From positions 2,944,001 through 3,008,000 of the forward strand of contig CBDCKW010000009.1 in NCBI GenBank assembly GCA_965218435.1: DNA of 64,000 nt, written 5' to 3'. The notes under the pieces were generated by a model. The model saw nothing but the letters and a program-made list of their open reading frames with translations. It was not told the DNA's origin and did no database searches. This document shows, in pieces, positions 10,389 through 21,079 of this stretch. The position numbers were made by a program, and so were the translations under genes. The stretch's first letter is position 1; each line of letters opens with the position of its first letter. Origin of the DNA: Truepera sp. Lineage in GTDB: Bacteria; Deinococcota; Deinococci; Deinococcales; Trueperaceae.

Positions 10389-10575
10389 AGACACCTGCGC
10401 GAATCCCTAGTGACGGCTAAAATCCCGAGAGGTTCGCGCAAGCCGCTTTTTGCGTGAGCGGCGCGTTCTATGACAGTACAACTTCAAACGGTGCAGTTCT
10501 AAAACGCTGTTTACACGCCGCTTCGCGCAATATGCTCTATAAAGGCCGTCCTAAACATGGTTTATAATGACTACC
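10389..10575 (+). promoter_or_regulatory. CRISPR leader
   Basis: Non-coding gap between cas2 and repeat 1; TGCGCGAA/TTCGCGCA motifs; TATAAT at 10563-10568. Confidence 0.8.
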
Positions 10576-11905
10576 GTTACAGCCGCTCTTCGGGGCGGCT
10601 GAGGATTGAAACTTTGGTGAGCAGCCACTATGGACGGCAGGGGATGAGAGTTACAGCCGCTCTTCGGGGCGGCTGAGGATTGAAACAAACAGATGGAGAC
10701 CAGATTACAAGCTTTGGAAAACGTTACAGCCGCTCTTCGGGGCGGCTGAGGATTGAAACTTTGTCAAGCATGGTCAGGTACTTGTTTTTCGTGTTGTTAC
10801 AGCCGCTCTTCGGGGCGGCTGAGGATTGAAACCGTAATCGACCGAGATGGTGTAGTAGTCAGCTTTGTTACAGCCGCTCTTCGGGGCGGCTGAGGATTGA
10901 AACATCCCAGACATATGCGCCATAGTCCTTAATGGCCTGTTACAGCCGCTCTTCGGGGCGGCTGAGGATTGAAACGTTGATGTTGCGCTCTACGAAGCGG
11001 GCGGTATCAGGTTACAGCCGCTCTTCGGGGCGGCTGAGGATTGAAACATCTCGGCTTACGTCGCTACCGAGCGGCGCGACCGTTACAGCCGCTCTTCGGG
11101 GCGGCTGAGGATTGAAACTGTGACAAGCGTAAAGTCACCGTCTTTCGCCAGTTGTTACAGCCGCTCTTCGGGGCGGCTGAGGATTGAAACCGGCTGACGG
11201 TTCGGTTGTGTTGTCGAAAGAGGATGTTACAGCCGCTCTTCGGGGCGGCTGAGGATTGAAACGAGTTTGCTGTGCAACTCTAAAAGCGTGTCGCATGTTA
11301 CAGCCGCTCTTCGGGGCGGCTGAGGATTGAAACGCCACTGTACCCATCGTCCTCTTTAATCATCTGCTCGTTACAGCCGCTCTTCGGGGCGGCTGAGGAT
11401 TGAAACTCTGACAAGTTCATCACGCTCCGGTTTCGTCATCTGTTACAGCCGCTCTTCGGGGCGGCTGAGGATTGAAACGCGTGCATCCGGTGCCATCGGA
11501 TGATGGTGGTCAGTGTTACAGCCGCTCTTCGGGGCGGCTGAGGATTGAAACGGGCATAAGCGCACTTACCTTGGGGCCATCCTCGAGTTACAGCCGCTCT
11601 TCGGGGCGGCTGAGGATTGAAACCCAAGTAACTCGAAGATCGTCATATATATTCACCTGTTACAGCCGCTCTTCGGGGCGGCTGAGGATTGAAACTGCCA
11701 CTTGACTGTCAGGGTCGCGTACCAAAATCTGTTACAGCCGCTCTTCGGGGCGGCTGAGGATTGAAACTTGTCTCGAGAGACGTGCTAGCCTGCCGTTGCG
11801 ACGTTACAGCCGCTCTTCGGGGCGGCTGAGGATTGAAACTACGGAGCCCGTGATAAGGCGACCTACATCTACCGTGTTACAGCCGCTCTTCGGGGCGGCT
11901 GTAAC
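10576..11905 (+). CRISPR. Type I-C CRISPR array: 18 identical repeats GTTACAGCCGCTCTTCGGGGCGGCTGAGGATTGAAAC (37 bp), one altered terminal repeat and 18 spacers of 34-37 bp
   Basis: Repeats start at 10576, 10650, 10723, 10796, 10867, 10939, 11011, 11082, 11154, 11226, 11297, 11370, 11442, 11515, 11587, 11659, 11731, 11803 and 11876 (partial); palindromic core and ATTGAAAC 3' end. Confidence 0.99.
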
Positions 11906-12027
11906 CTATCAAAAATGTTGCTAAAATGCCCTTCCTTAGTTCTGTTTACGACTATACAGACTTTTGTCCGGTCAACAGTGCATAATCTTGACAAATAACG
12001 CATACGGGTGTAGACTTGTTTCTATCA

Positions 12028-12050
12028 GCGCCTGAGAGGGCGCATTTTTT
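12028..12050 (+). terminator. Intrinsic terminator downstream of the array
   Basis: GCGCCT-GAGA-GGGCGC followed by ATTTTTT. Confidence 0.65.
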
Positions 12051-12089
12051 ATGCTCTAGCTATGCTTTGTCGTTGTTAAAGCTCGAGCC

Positions 12090-12869
12090 CTAATACTGCC
12101 CCAATAAACCCCGGTTGAGGGCGCGGCGTTCGGCACGTTTGTAGAGAAATACGCCCAGCAAAAAGTAAACTGCGGCGTTGACGCCTAAAGAAAGCCAGTC
12201 GAGCCCTGAAAACCCGGTTAAGGGCGTGCCTTCAACCATGACCCCGCGCACCATGTCAGCCCCTTTAACGACGGGTGCAAGCTCTAAGAGTGGCAGCGCC
12301 GAGAGCGGCACCGCCACGAGCGCCAAAAAGACGAACTGGGCAATCTGTAACAGTGAATCAACCTGCTTATAGATAAGCGAGAGCCCCGCGACCATAAAGC
12401 CGACGCCGAGCATGCCGACAATTGTCAGAAGCAAAATCGGTAGCAGCGTCACGAGGTCGAGGTTGAGCCACTGCCGCGCCGTAAGCATACTCAAAAAAAC
12501 CATCAGCACGATCATAATGAGGTTGACCACAATACGCCCAACCATCCGCGCCAGCAAGATACGCCACGCACCAACCGGCGACATATAGAGCTGCTCCAGA
12601 GTTCCACGCATCGCCTCTTGGGTAATCTCCCAACCAATACTTTGCATCGCCATGAGCGCCAAAAACCACAAGGCTGTACCGACAATCGCGTACTGAATGT
12701 TGGTGTCGGCGCTGCCGGGTGCGCCCAGAACCCGGATTCCCAAAAAGACCATCAAAAAGAGGGCATAAAAGGTTACGATGGTGCTGACCGTGTTGGGCAA
12801 ATAGCGCCGCATCTCGGTCGCCACTTTGCGCAGATTTGCCAGTAAAACGTTAAGGTAGGCGTTAAACAC
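12090..12869 (-). CDS. ABC-2 type exporter permease
   Basis: About six hydrophobic segments, EAMRGTLEQLYMSP motif, adjacent ATPase. Confidence 0.88.
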   Translation of the reverse strand: MFNAYLNVLLANLRKVATEMRRYLPNTVSTIVTFYALFLMVFLGIRVLGAPGSADTNIQYAIVGTALWFLALMAMQSIGWEITQEAMRGTLEQLYMSPVGAWRILLARMVGRIVVNLIMIVLMVFLSMLTARQWLNLDLVTLLPILLLTIVGMLGVGFMVAGLSLIYKQVDSLLQIAQFVFLALVAVPLSALPLLELAPVVKGADMVRGVMVEGTPLTGFSGLDWLSLGVNAAVYFLLGVFLYKRAERRALNRGLLGQY

Positions 12870-13818
12870 GTTCGGCCTCCCGGGTCAGCTCTATAAAAAC
12901 CTGTTCAAAGTTTGTTTGGGTACGGCCCAAATCCTCGACAGGGGTACGCTCCAACCGTAAAACTTCCATCAGATCGTAGATGTCTTCGGGGTGCTCTAAA
13001 GTGACGCTCAAAGTCAGGTCCAAATCCTCGTAGCTAAATACCGCAAAACGCTGCACGATACGCCGCTGCTGCTCGGTACTGAGGGGTGCGCCCAGCGTCA
13101 CACGGTAGCTGCGGGTGTCAAAGAGTTGCAACAGGTCAGCGACCCGTTCGTCGGCGACCACACGGCCCGCGCTGACGATCACCGTACGCCCGCAAAGCTC
13201 TTGCACCACGTCCATATCGTGCGTTGAGATGATGATGGTGCGCCCTTCAGCGGCCACTTCACGTAAGAGTGCGCGAACCTCGAGCCCCGTCCCGATATCA
13301 AGGCCGAGCGTCGGTTCGTCGAGCAAGATAACTTCAGTTCCGGCAAGTAGCGCCACCGCAATAGCGAGTTTTTGCTGCATCCCCCGCGAGAGGTTATTGA
13401 CGAGTTCGTCAGCCTTGTCAGCTAAACGAAAACGTTCTAAGAGCGCGTCAATTTTAGGCTTGGCTGCCCGCGCCGATACGCCCCGGTTTCCCGCAAAATA
13501 GAGCATATTTTCGCGGACGCTCAAGCGCCAGTAGAGGTTACGGTTGCCCTCTAACACGGCGCTGAGGTGCCGGAGCGCCTGTAACCGGCGCTGCTGATTG
13601 TCAAGCCCTTTGACAAGCACGCGCCCTGCGTCGGGTTTTAAGAGGCCACAGATCATCTTGATGGTCGTCGTCTTCCCTGCCCCGTTCGGCCCTAAAAGCC
13701 CCAAAATCTCGCCTTCTTCGACCCTGAACGAGATGTCGTGCGCCGCCGTAACCTGCTCTTTCGACGCCCGTTTATGGTAGGTCTTTGTTAAGTTTTCGAC
13801 TTCGATAAGTGCAACCAT
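12862..13818 (-). CDS. ABC exporter ATP-binding protein
   Basis: GPNGAGKTT, LSRGMQQK, LLDEPT, STHDM. Confidence 0.93.
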   Translation of the reverse strand: MVALIEVENLTKTYHKRASKEQVTAAHDISFRVEEGEILGLLGPNGAGKTTTIKMICGLLKPDAGRVLVKGLDNQQRRLQALRHLSAVLEGNRNLYWRLSVRENMLYFAGNRGVSARAAKPKIDALLERFRLADKADELVNNLSRGMQQKLAIAVALLAGTEVILLDEPTLGLDIGTGLEVRALLREVAAEGRTIIISTHDMDVVQELCGRTVIVSAGRVVADERVADLLQLFDTRSYRVTLGAPLSTEQQRRIVQRFAVFSYEDLDLTLSVTLEHPEDIYDLMEVLRLERTPVEDLGRTQTNFEQVFIELTREAERV

Positions 13819-13889
13819 TTAAGCTCCTTTGGGTCGGCCCGAAAAGCTCAGCATAGCTGAACGTGAAGAAACTACGCACCTGCCAGAAG

Positions 13890-14051
13890 TCATAATGTAG
13901 CTGCTTTGGGGGCAGCCTCGAGCCGTTCCGCCCCCTTTCTAAGTACCTGCGCCAGTTCAGTACACCATACACTCTTAGGGAGTTGCCGCTGCACTTCTGT
14001 CTCTAAACGGTACGTTGCCAGCTTATCTTTTGCCTGTTCGTAGGTATTCAT
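13890..14051 (-). CDS. 53-aa small protein, first gene of the ABC exporter operon
   Basis: AAGGAGG then ATG: MNTYEQAKDKLATYRLETEVQRQLPKSVWCTELAQVLRKGAERLEAAPKAATL; not listed in the ORF track. Confidence 0.65.
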   Translation of the reverse strand: MNTYEQAKDKLATYRLETEVQRQLPKSVWCTELAQVLRKGAERLEAAPKAATL

Positions 14052-14093
14052 AACCGCCTCCTTAAGGTCTATAGTGGGGCTAAGCTACTTCAA

Positions 14094-14762
14094 GTGAAAG
14101 GCACTTCTTTGAAACAGCTTATCGTCACGACACAGCGGGCGGCACACGCCTCGAGCGACCTCGAGACCGTCAAAAAGCTCGAGCCATTTATGAAACGCGA
14201 ACAGACCCTCAGTGAAGCAGGCCAAGAGCTTGGTCTCAAACTGCCGCAACTTGCTTATCATGTGGACAAATTCATCAAGTTGGGACTACTCGAAGTCGTC
14301 CGCGAAGTACCGCGAAAAGGACGCGCCGTCAAGGTCTACCGGAGTACCGCAGCAGAGTTTTTTGTTCCGTTTCACCTGACGCCGAGCGAGACCCTGGGGC
14401 AATTGCTTTTTGACCTTTCGGCGGCGGGAGAAGCTCGGTTTCACCGGGAAGCGGCGCGCGCTTTGCAGACGAATTCGCCTGTCTGGGGTCTTTACCTGAC
14501 TTGCGGTCACAATGAGCATTTGGAAATCGTCGTGGCACCTTCAGATCGTGGTTACAGAGATAGTGACGACCTTTTCGGCCCTGAGATGCCTGCTGTTTTT
14601 ACCGGCGACGGCGAGATAAGGTTGGACTTTGCCACGGCAAAAGCTTTTCAACAAGATTTGCTCGAGCTGTTTAAGCGGTACCGTCAGCAAGACACTGAAA
14701 AAGGTCAGCGTTACGCCTACCGTCTTGGTCTTACACCCTTAGTTGACGAAACGCTGAGCTAA
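14094..14762 (+). CDS. Winged-HTH (ArsR-like) transcriptional regulator
   Basis: TLSEAGQELG..LAYHVDKFIKLGLLEVVRE..GRAVKVYR; divergent from the ABC operon; TAAGCT 7 nt before GTG. Confidence 0.8.
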   Translation: MKGTSLKQLIVTTQRAAHASSDLETVKKLEPFMKREQTLSEAGQELGLKLPQLAYHVDKFIKLGLLEVVREVPRKGRAVKVYRSTAAEFFVPFHLTPSETLGQLLFDLSAAGEARFHREAARALQTNSPVWGLYLTCGHNEHLEIVVAPSDRGYRDSDDLFGPEMPAVFTGDGEIRLDFATAKAFQQDLLELFKRYRQQDTEKGQRYAYRLGLTPLVDETLS

Positions 14763-14815
14763 AAAACCAAGCTGAGGGCGGGTCAAACCGTAAAAGTCAG
14801 CAAGGGCTCGGCCAT

Positions 14816-14840
14816 AAAAAAAGCTCAGCCAAAGCTGAGC
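14816..14840 (-). terminator. Intrinsic terminator of the small-ORF pair
   Basis: GCTCAGC-TTTG-GCTGAGC followed by a T run on the minus strand. Confidence 0.7.
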
Positions 14841-14862
14841 GGCGCGAAAGTGTATAGGGCGG

Positions 14863-15051
14863 TTACTGGGTGCTGCGTTTGGAAAAGGTGGTGGTGCTGG
14901 CTAAGTCGGGTTGAAGACGCGCCGCTAGGGTGTAAAAGTGCCCTGCTAGACGTTCACGGCGGCTTGGGCGGAGGCTTTCGGCCCAGGCCCGGTGCTGCGC
15001 CTCGGTCATTCGCTCAGCTGCGTAAACGGTTAAAAAGTCGGTGCTGTACAT
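14863..15051 (-). CDS. 62-aa small protein
   Basis: ORF MYSTDFLTVYAAERMTEAQHRAW...RERLAGHFYTLAARLQP, followed by a terminator. Confidence 0.6.
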   Translation of the reverse strand: MYSTDFLTVYAAERMTEAQHRAWAESLRPSRRERLAGHFYTLAARLQPDLASTTTFSKRSTQ

Positions 15052-15091
15052 GCTGCTCGTTTCTGCCAGCTTAGAACCGGCGGTTTGGTGC

Positions 15092-15238
15092 TTAAAAGTT
15101 GGTCCAGTGTCTTAAGACGCGCGGGGTGCGTTCGCGGTCGGGGTAGCTGCTCCGGGCGAGGCGGGCACTTTTGGTGTGACGCTCGAGTTCGGCGCGGTGA
15201 TTGCTGGCGAGTAGAGTTAGGTTCAGAAATGGGTGCAT
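15092..15238 (-). CDS. 48-aa small protein
   Basis: GAAAGG SD then ATG: MHPFLNLTLLASNHRAELERHTKSARLARSSYPDRERTPRVLRHWTNF. Confidence 0.55.
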   Translation of the reverse strand: MHPFLNLTLLASNHRAELERHTKSARLARSSYPDRERTPRVLRHWTNF

Positions 15239-15336
15239 GGTTGACCTTTCAGCAGCAAAAATACGCTGCAAGCTAGAAGTTTAGGTTGTTGTAAGGGAGG
15301 TTTGGAAGCCTCAGCTGTCCCTCAGGGACACTATGA

Positions 15337-15375
15337 AGCATACCAGGTAATCACAGTATATGCAAGCGTATATAC
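15337..15375 (-). promoter_or_regulatory. Sigma70-type promoter with an overlapping palindrome
   Basis: Minus strand TTGCAT-17 nt-TATGCT; imperfect palindrome GTATATGCAAGCGTATATAC over the -35. Confidence 0.55.
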
Positions 15376-15546
15376 AACAACGAGGATTGGCCCCAACCGT
15401 CTTTGAAAAACTTCATAAAGCTTACATCAAAGAGCAAAAAACCTCCTTTAGAACGCGATTTACAAAGCTGCACCGCGTCCTCATTTTGCTGGACGCGGCG
15501 TAGCTAAAAGCTATCTATTCAGTTCGTTTTATACATTTTTGCGTTG

Positions 15547-17118
<1,572 letters not shown>

Positions 17119-17169
17119 TCAGTCGTTGCCGTTAAACATCTAACTAGTCATTCTTGCTAAGCTGTGACA

Positions 17170-18372
17170 ATGGCTGTCGGGCAACAGGTCAAAGGAATTA
17201 ACCCAACCGTTTTGCGATGGGCTCGCGAGCGGTCAGGTATGTCTGTACAGGATGTCGCAGGCAAGTTCAAAAAGCAGGTGGACAACATTGAGCGATGGGA
17301 AAGTGGTGATGCTTCACCTACATATATACAGCTTGAGAGATTAGCTTACGAACTCTACAAACGTCCATTAGCAATCTTCTTTTTCCCCGAACCCCCGGAT
17401 GAACCATTACCTCAGCAAGCGTTCAGAACGTTACCAGAAGCTGAGGCAGATTCTCTATGGCCTGATACTCGTTACGCTATCAGGGAAGGTCAATCTATGC
17501 AGCTTTCGTTGCATGAAATTAATAGTGGTCGCAATCCTAGCGAACGCCTTATCTTTAGAGACATACGGGCTCATTTGACTGATAATCCAATTTTCTTAGC
17601 AAGGCAAGTACGAGAGTATCTTGGGTTCACCCTACAGATGCAAATTGCCTCTTCTAACGAAAAAGAAGGATTAGAACGTTGGCGCAATGCCATACAGGAT
17701 GTAGGCGTGTTTGTATTTAAGCGCTCGTTTAGACAGAAAGAAGTTTCGGGATTTTGTCTTCTTGACCACGAATTTCCTATTATTTATATCAATAACAGTA
17801 CACCAGCTTCACGGCAAATTTTTACTCTACTGCATGAGCTTGCCCATATTCTGTTAGGCATCAGCGACCTGACAACAGAGATTTTTGAGAACGATCAAAT
17901 AGCTGATGACGAAGCTAGAACCGTAGAAAAGTTCTGTAATCAGTTTGCTGCCTCTCTTCTGATACCTAATCATGATTTTGACCAAGACTTGCTTAAGCTA
18001 GCAGAAGAAAACCAACACTTTACAAGTGATGAGTCAATTTCCGCGTTAGCCAAGAAGTATAAAGTAAGCAGAGAAGTTATAGTCAGGAAGCTTCTAAACA
18101 AAGGTTTAGTAAGTGGAGAATTCTACTCTGATAAGGCAAAACAATATGCTGAAGAATATCAGCAGTTTAGAGAGATGCGACGAGAGAAAGGGGGTGGTGG
18201 CGACTACTACGCGACCAAAGCAGCTTATTTAGGCAGTCACTTTATAACCCTCGTCTTTTCGGCCTATTATCAAGGCCGCGTTGACTTAAACCAAGCCGCT
18301 GAGTATTTGAATGTAAAACCTCAGAATGTAGGCAAGTTAGAAGAAACGTGGTCAAGAAAGGCCACGCCTTAA
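17170..18372 (+). CDS. XRE-HTH + ImmA/IrrE-family metallopeptidase fusion
   Basis: LRWARERSG..ERWESG..PT HTH; RQIFTLLHELAH and EKFCNQFAA zincin motifs; AT-rich. Confidence 0.88.
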   Translation: MAVGQQVKGINPTVLRWARERSGMSVQDVAGKFKKQVDNIERWESGDASPTYIQLERLAYELYKRPLAIFFFPEPPDEPLPQQAFRTLPEAEADSLWPDTRYAIREGQSMQLSLHEINSGRNPSERLIFRDIRAHLTDNPIFLARQVREYLGFTLQMQIASSNEKEGLERWRNAIQDVGVFVFKRSFRQKEVSGFCLLDHEFPIIYINNSTPASRQIFTLLHELAHILLGISDLTTEIFENDQIADDEARTVEKFCNQFAASLLIPNHDFDQDLLKLAEENQHFTSDESISALAKKYKVSREVIVRKLLNKGLVSGEFYSDKAKQYAEEYQQFREMRREKGGGGDYYATKAAYLGSHFITLVFSAYYQGRVDLNQAAEYLNVKPQNVGKLEETWSRKATP

Positions 18373-18845
18373 TGATTTACGTTGTTGACACCAACAGTTT
18401 CAACGTTCTCGAAAATTACTACCCAGCAAGGTTTCCATCATTCTGGAAAAACGCAGACCTACTGGTAAGGGAGGGACGCCTACTCTCTGTTCGAGAAGTG
18501 TTCAATGAGCTTGATGGAACATTACCAGAAGAGCATTTTATGCAGCAATGGATTAAAAACAACTCGGGGATTTTTCGTTCTGCAAGTGGGGATGAGGGGC
18601 AGTTTGTCGCAGATATATTTTCTGTGAACCACTTTCGCATGTTGATAGGCCAAAAGCAGCAGCTGAGAGGAATCCCTGTGGCTGATCCCTTTGTAATAGC
18701 CGCAGCACGTGCGTGTGAGGGTTGCGTCGTTACAGAGGAGCGAATGAAGCCCAATGCAGCAAAAATTCCTAATGTATGTGAGCACTTTGGGATTGATTGG
18801 ACCAACGTTGAAGGTTTATTGGAACGTGAAAACTGGAGTTTTTAA
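18372..18845 (+). CDS. DUF4411-family PIN-like protein
   Basis: YVVDTNSF..YY...FPSFW, ADPFVIAAA, VVTEE, KIPNVCEHFGI; TAATG coupling to the upstream gene. Confidence 0.82.
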   Translation: MIYVVDTNSFNVLENYYPARFPSFWKNADLLVREGRLLSVREVFNELDGTLPEEHFMQQWIKNNSGIFRSASGDEGQFVADIFSVNHFRMLIGQKQQLRGIPVADPFVIAAARACEGCVVTEERMKPNAAKIPNVCEHFGIDWTNVEGLLERENWSF

Positions 18846-19062
18846 GATTAGCATTACACGTTCCCACAACTTAATTTAAGGTTCCAGAAAATAACGGATG
18901 GAAACGGAAATGACTTGTATCTGCTCTGTCCTACTCTGTTATACTTGGGACTATGAACGGGCGAATGATGCAACCTAGACCTGGCCCCGGCTAAGTTTAC
19001 GCTTAACCGTTTCCAGGCGCTTGCATAAAAGCGCCTCTTTTTTTGGCCTCGAGGAGAACAAA

Positions 19063-20985
19063 ATGACGCAGACTGAACAACCCACCCAGACCAAGAACAT
19101 CTACTACGCCACGACCCCAATTTATTATGTCAACGCCGAACCGCATATCGGCCACGCCTACACCACCACACTCGTGGACGTTGCGGCCCGCTTTCACCGG
19201 CTTATCGGCGATGACACTTACTTTTTAACCGGTACCGATGAACACGGCGAGAAGATTCAAAAAGCTGCCAACGCCGCCGGTCTGACCCCGCAAGCCTACA
19301 CCGACCGCATCTCGGGTAAGTACCAAACAACGTGGAACTCGCTCGACATCTCTTACGACGAGTTTATTCGCACCACCGAAGCGCGGCACAAACGGGTTGT
19401 TGATGAAATCTTGCAGCGCGTTTATGACAACGGCGACATTATCTTCGGCGAATACGGCGGGCTTTACTGCGTCGGCTGTGAACGCTACTACACCGAAAAA
19501 GAACTCGTAGACGGCAAGTGTCCACAGCACGACATCGTATTAGAGTACCGCAGCGAGGAAAACTACTTCTTCCGGATGGAAAAGTACCGTCCGTGGCTCC
19601 GTGAATACATCGAAGACAACCCCAACTTTATCCGGCCTGAACGTTACCGCAACGAGGTTTTGGGGATTTTACGGGAGCCTATCGGCGACTTGTCTATCAG
19701 TCGCCCAAGGTCACGGGTTCCGTGGGGCATCCCGCTCCCGTGGGATGAGAATCACGTCACGTATGTCTGGTTCGACGCGCTGATTAACTACTATTCGGCG
19801 CTTAAAAGCCACGGCACCGAAGACCACTACTGGCCGCATGTGGAACACTTTATCGCTAAAGACATCTTAAAACCGCACGGCGTCTTTTGGCCGACGATGC
19901 TCAAATCGGCGGGGCTACCGATCTATCAGCATCTCAACGTTCACGGTTACTGGCTCGTAGACGGCGGCAAGATGAGCAAATCGAAAGGGAATGTGGTGCG
20001 GCCCTTAGACCTTAAGGATAAATACGGGAATGACGCCTTCCGCTACTACTTACTCAGAGATATGACCTTCGGCCTCGACGCGAGTTTTAGTGAAGTGGGA
20101 CTGGCTGAACGTATCAATTCCGACCTCGCCAACGACCTTGGGAACTTGCTCAACCGGACGCTTGGAATGCTCAGCAAATATCGTCAGGGTGTGGTGCCTG
20201 AAATGGGAACCTTAGAACCAATTGACGAAGCCCTCAGAGACGCGTTTACGGCGCTACCCGAACGCTTGACCAAGATGGTGGATAACCTGCAGTTCGACCG
20301 GGCCATCGAGAGCGTGTTAGAAGCGGTGCGTAAGGCCAACAAATACATCGCCGAAACGCAACCGTGGGCACTCGCCAAAGACGAGGCGAACGCAAAACGT
20401 CTGGATACGGTGCTCTACACCTGTTTAGAGGCGCTGCGGTGCTCGAGCATCCTCCTCTCCCCCGTCATCCCCAACAAGGCCGAAGAGTTGCGGGCACAAC
20501 TTGGGCTCAGCGGGTCGTTTACGCTGGGCGACGCGGCGCAGTGGGGTTTGACGCCTGCCGGAACGCAGACCAAGCTCGGCAGTCCGCTCTTCCCACGAGT
20601 AGATTTAGCCGCGCTGAATAAAAGTTTAGAAATGAAAGAGGAACCCTTGGAACACAAACCTGAAGTAACGATTGATGAGTTTGCGAAGCTCGAGTTTCGC
20701 GTCGCCGAAGTCGTCAAAGCTGAAGCGCACCCTAAAGCTGACAAGCTCCTGGTCTTGTCCGTTAAACTAGGCGGCGAAGAACGTACTATCGTTTCGGGCA
20801 TCAAAAAGTGGTATGACCCCAGTGAACTAGCCGGGAAAAAGGTCATCATCGTGGCAAACTTAAAGCCCGTAAAACTGCGCGGAATCGAGTCGCAGGGGAT
20901 GATCTTAGCAGCGGAAGATGCCGAAGGGAATCTGAGTATTTCGGCGCTCGATAGGGATATCTCGAGTGGGAGTGAGGTCAGGTAA
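19063..20985 (+). CDS. metG: Methionine-tRNA ligase with C-terminal tRNA-binding domain
   Basis: TTPIYYVN.EPHIGHAY, YVWFDAL, KMSKSKGN, C-terminal HPKADKL...SQGMIL. Confidence 0.97.
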   Translation: MTQTEQPTQTKNIYYATTPIYYVNAEPHIGHAYTTTLVDVAARFHRLIGDDTYFLTGTDEHGEKIQKAANAAGLTPQAYTDRISGKYQTTWNSLDISYDEFIRTTEARHKRVVDEILQRVYDNGDIIFGEYGGLYCVGCERYYTEKELVDGKCPQHDIVLEYRSEENYFFRMEKYRPWLREYIEDNPNFIRPERYRNEVLGILREPIGDLSISRPRSRVPWGIPLPWDENHVTYVWFDALINYYSALKSHGTEDHYWPHVEHFIAKDILKPHGVFWPTMLKSAGLPIYQHLNVHGYWLVDGGKMSKSKGNVVRPLDLKDKYGNDAFRYYLLRDMTFGLDASFSEVGLAERINSDLANDLGNLLNRTLGMLSKYRQGVVPEMGTLEPIDEALRDAFTALPERLTKMVDNLQFDRAIESVLEAVRKANKYIAETQPWALAKDEANAKRLDTVLYTCLEALRCSSILLSPVIPNKAEELRAQLGLSGSFTLGDAAQWGLTPAGTQTKLGSPLFPRVDLAALNKSLEMKEEPLEHKPEVTIDEFAKLEFRVAEVVKAEAHPKADKLLVLSVKLGGEERTIVSGIKKWYDPSELAGKKVIIVANLKPVKLRGIESQGMILAAEDAEGNLSISALDRDISSGSEVR

Positions 20986-21000
20986 AACACAGAGAATGGC

Positions 21001-21042
21001 AAATAAGTCCTGAACCAACCTGACGGGATTTAGGACTTATTT
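21001..21042. terminator. Bidirectional terminator-like hairpin
   Basis: AAATAAGTCCTGAA...TTTAGGACTTATTT between convergent genes. Confidence 0.65.
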
Positions 21043-21079
21043 CTGATTGCATTCGCGTAATCTTTTAGTTTGAAGTTAT

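Noticed and set aside
11135..11705. Short ORFs with repeating peptides
   Set aside because: These are translations of CRISPR repeats and spacers
13772..13972. 66-aa minus-strand ORF from the track
   Set aside because: No SD, and it overlaps the ATPase gene; the other-frame ORF 13890-14051 has a perfect SD
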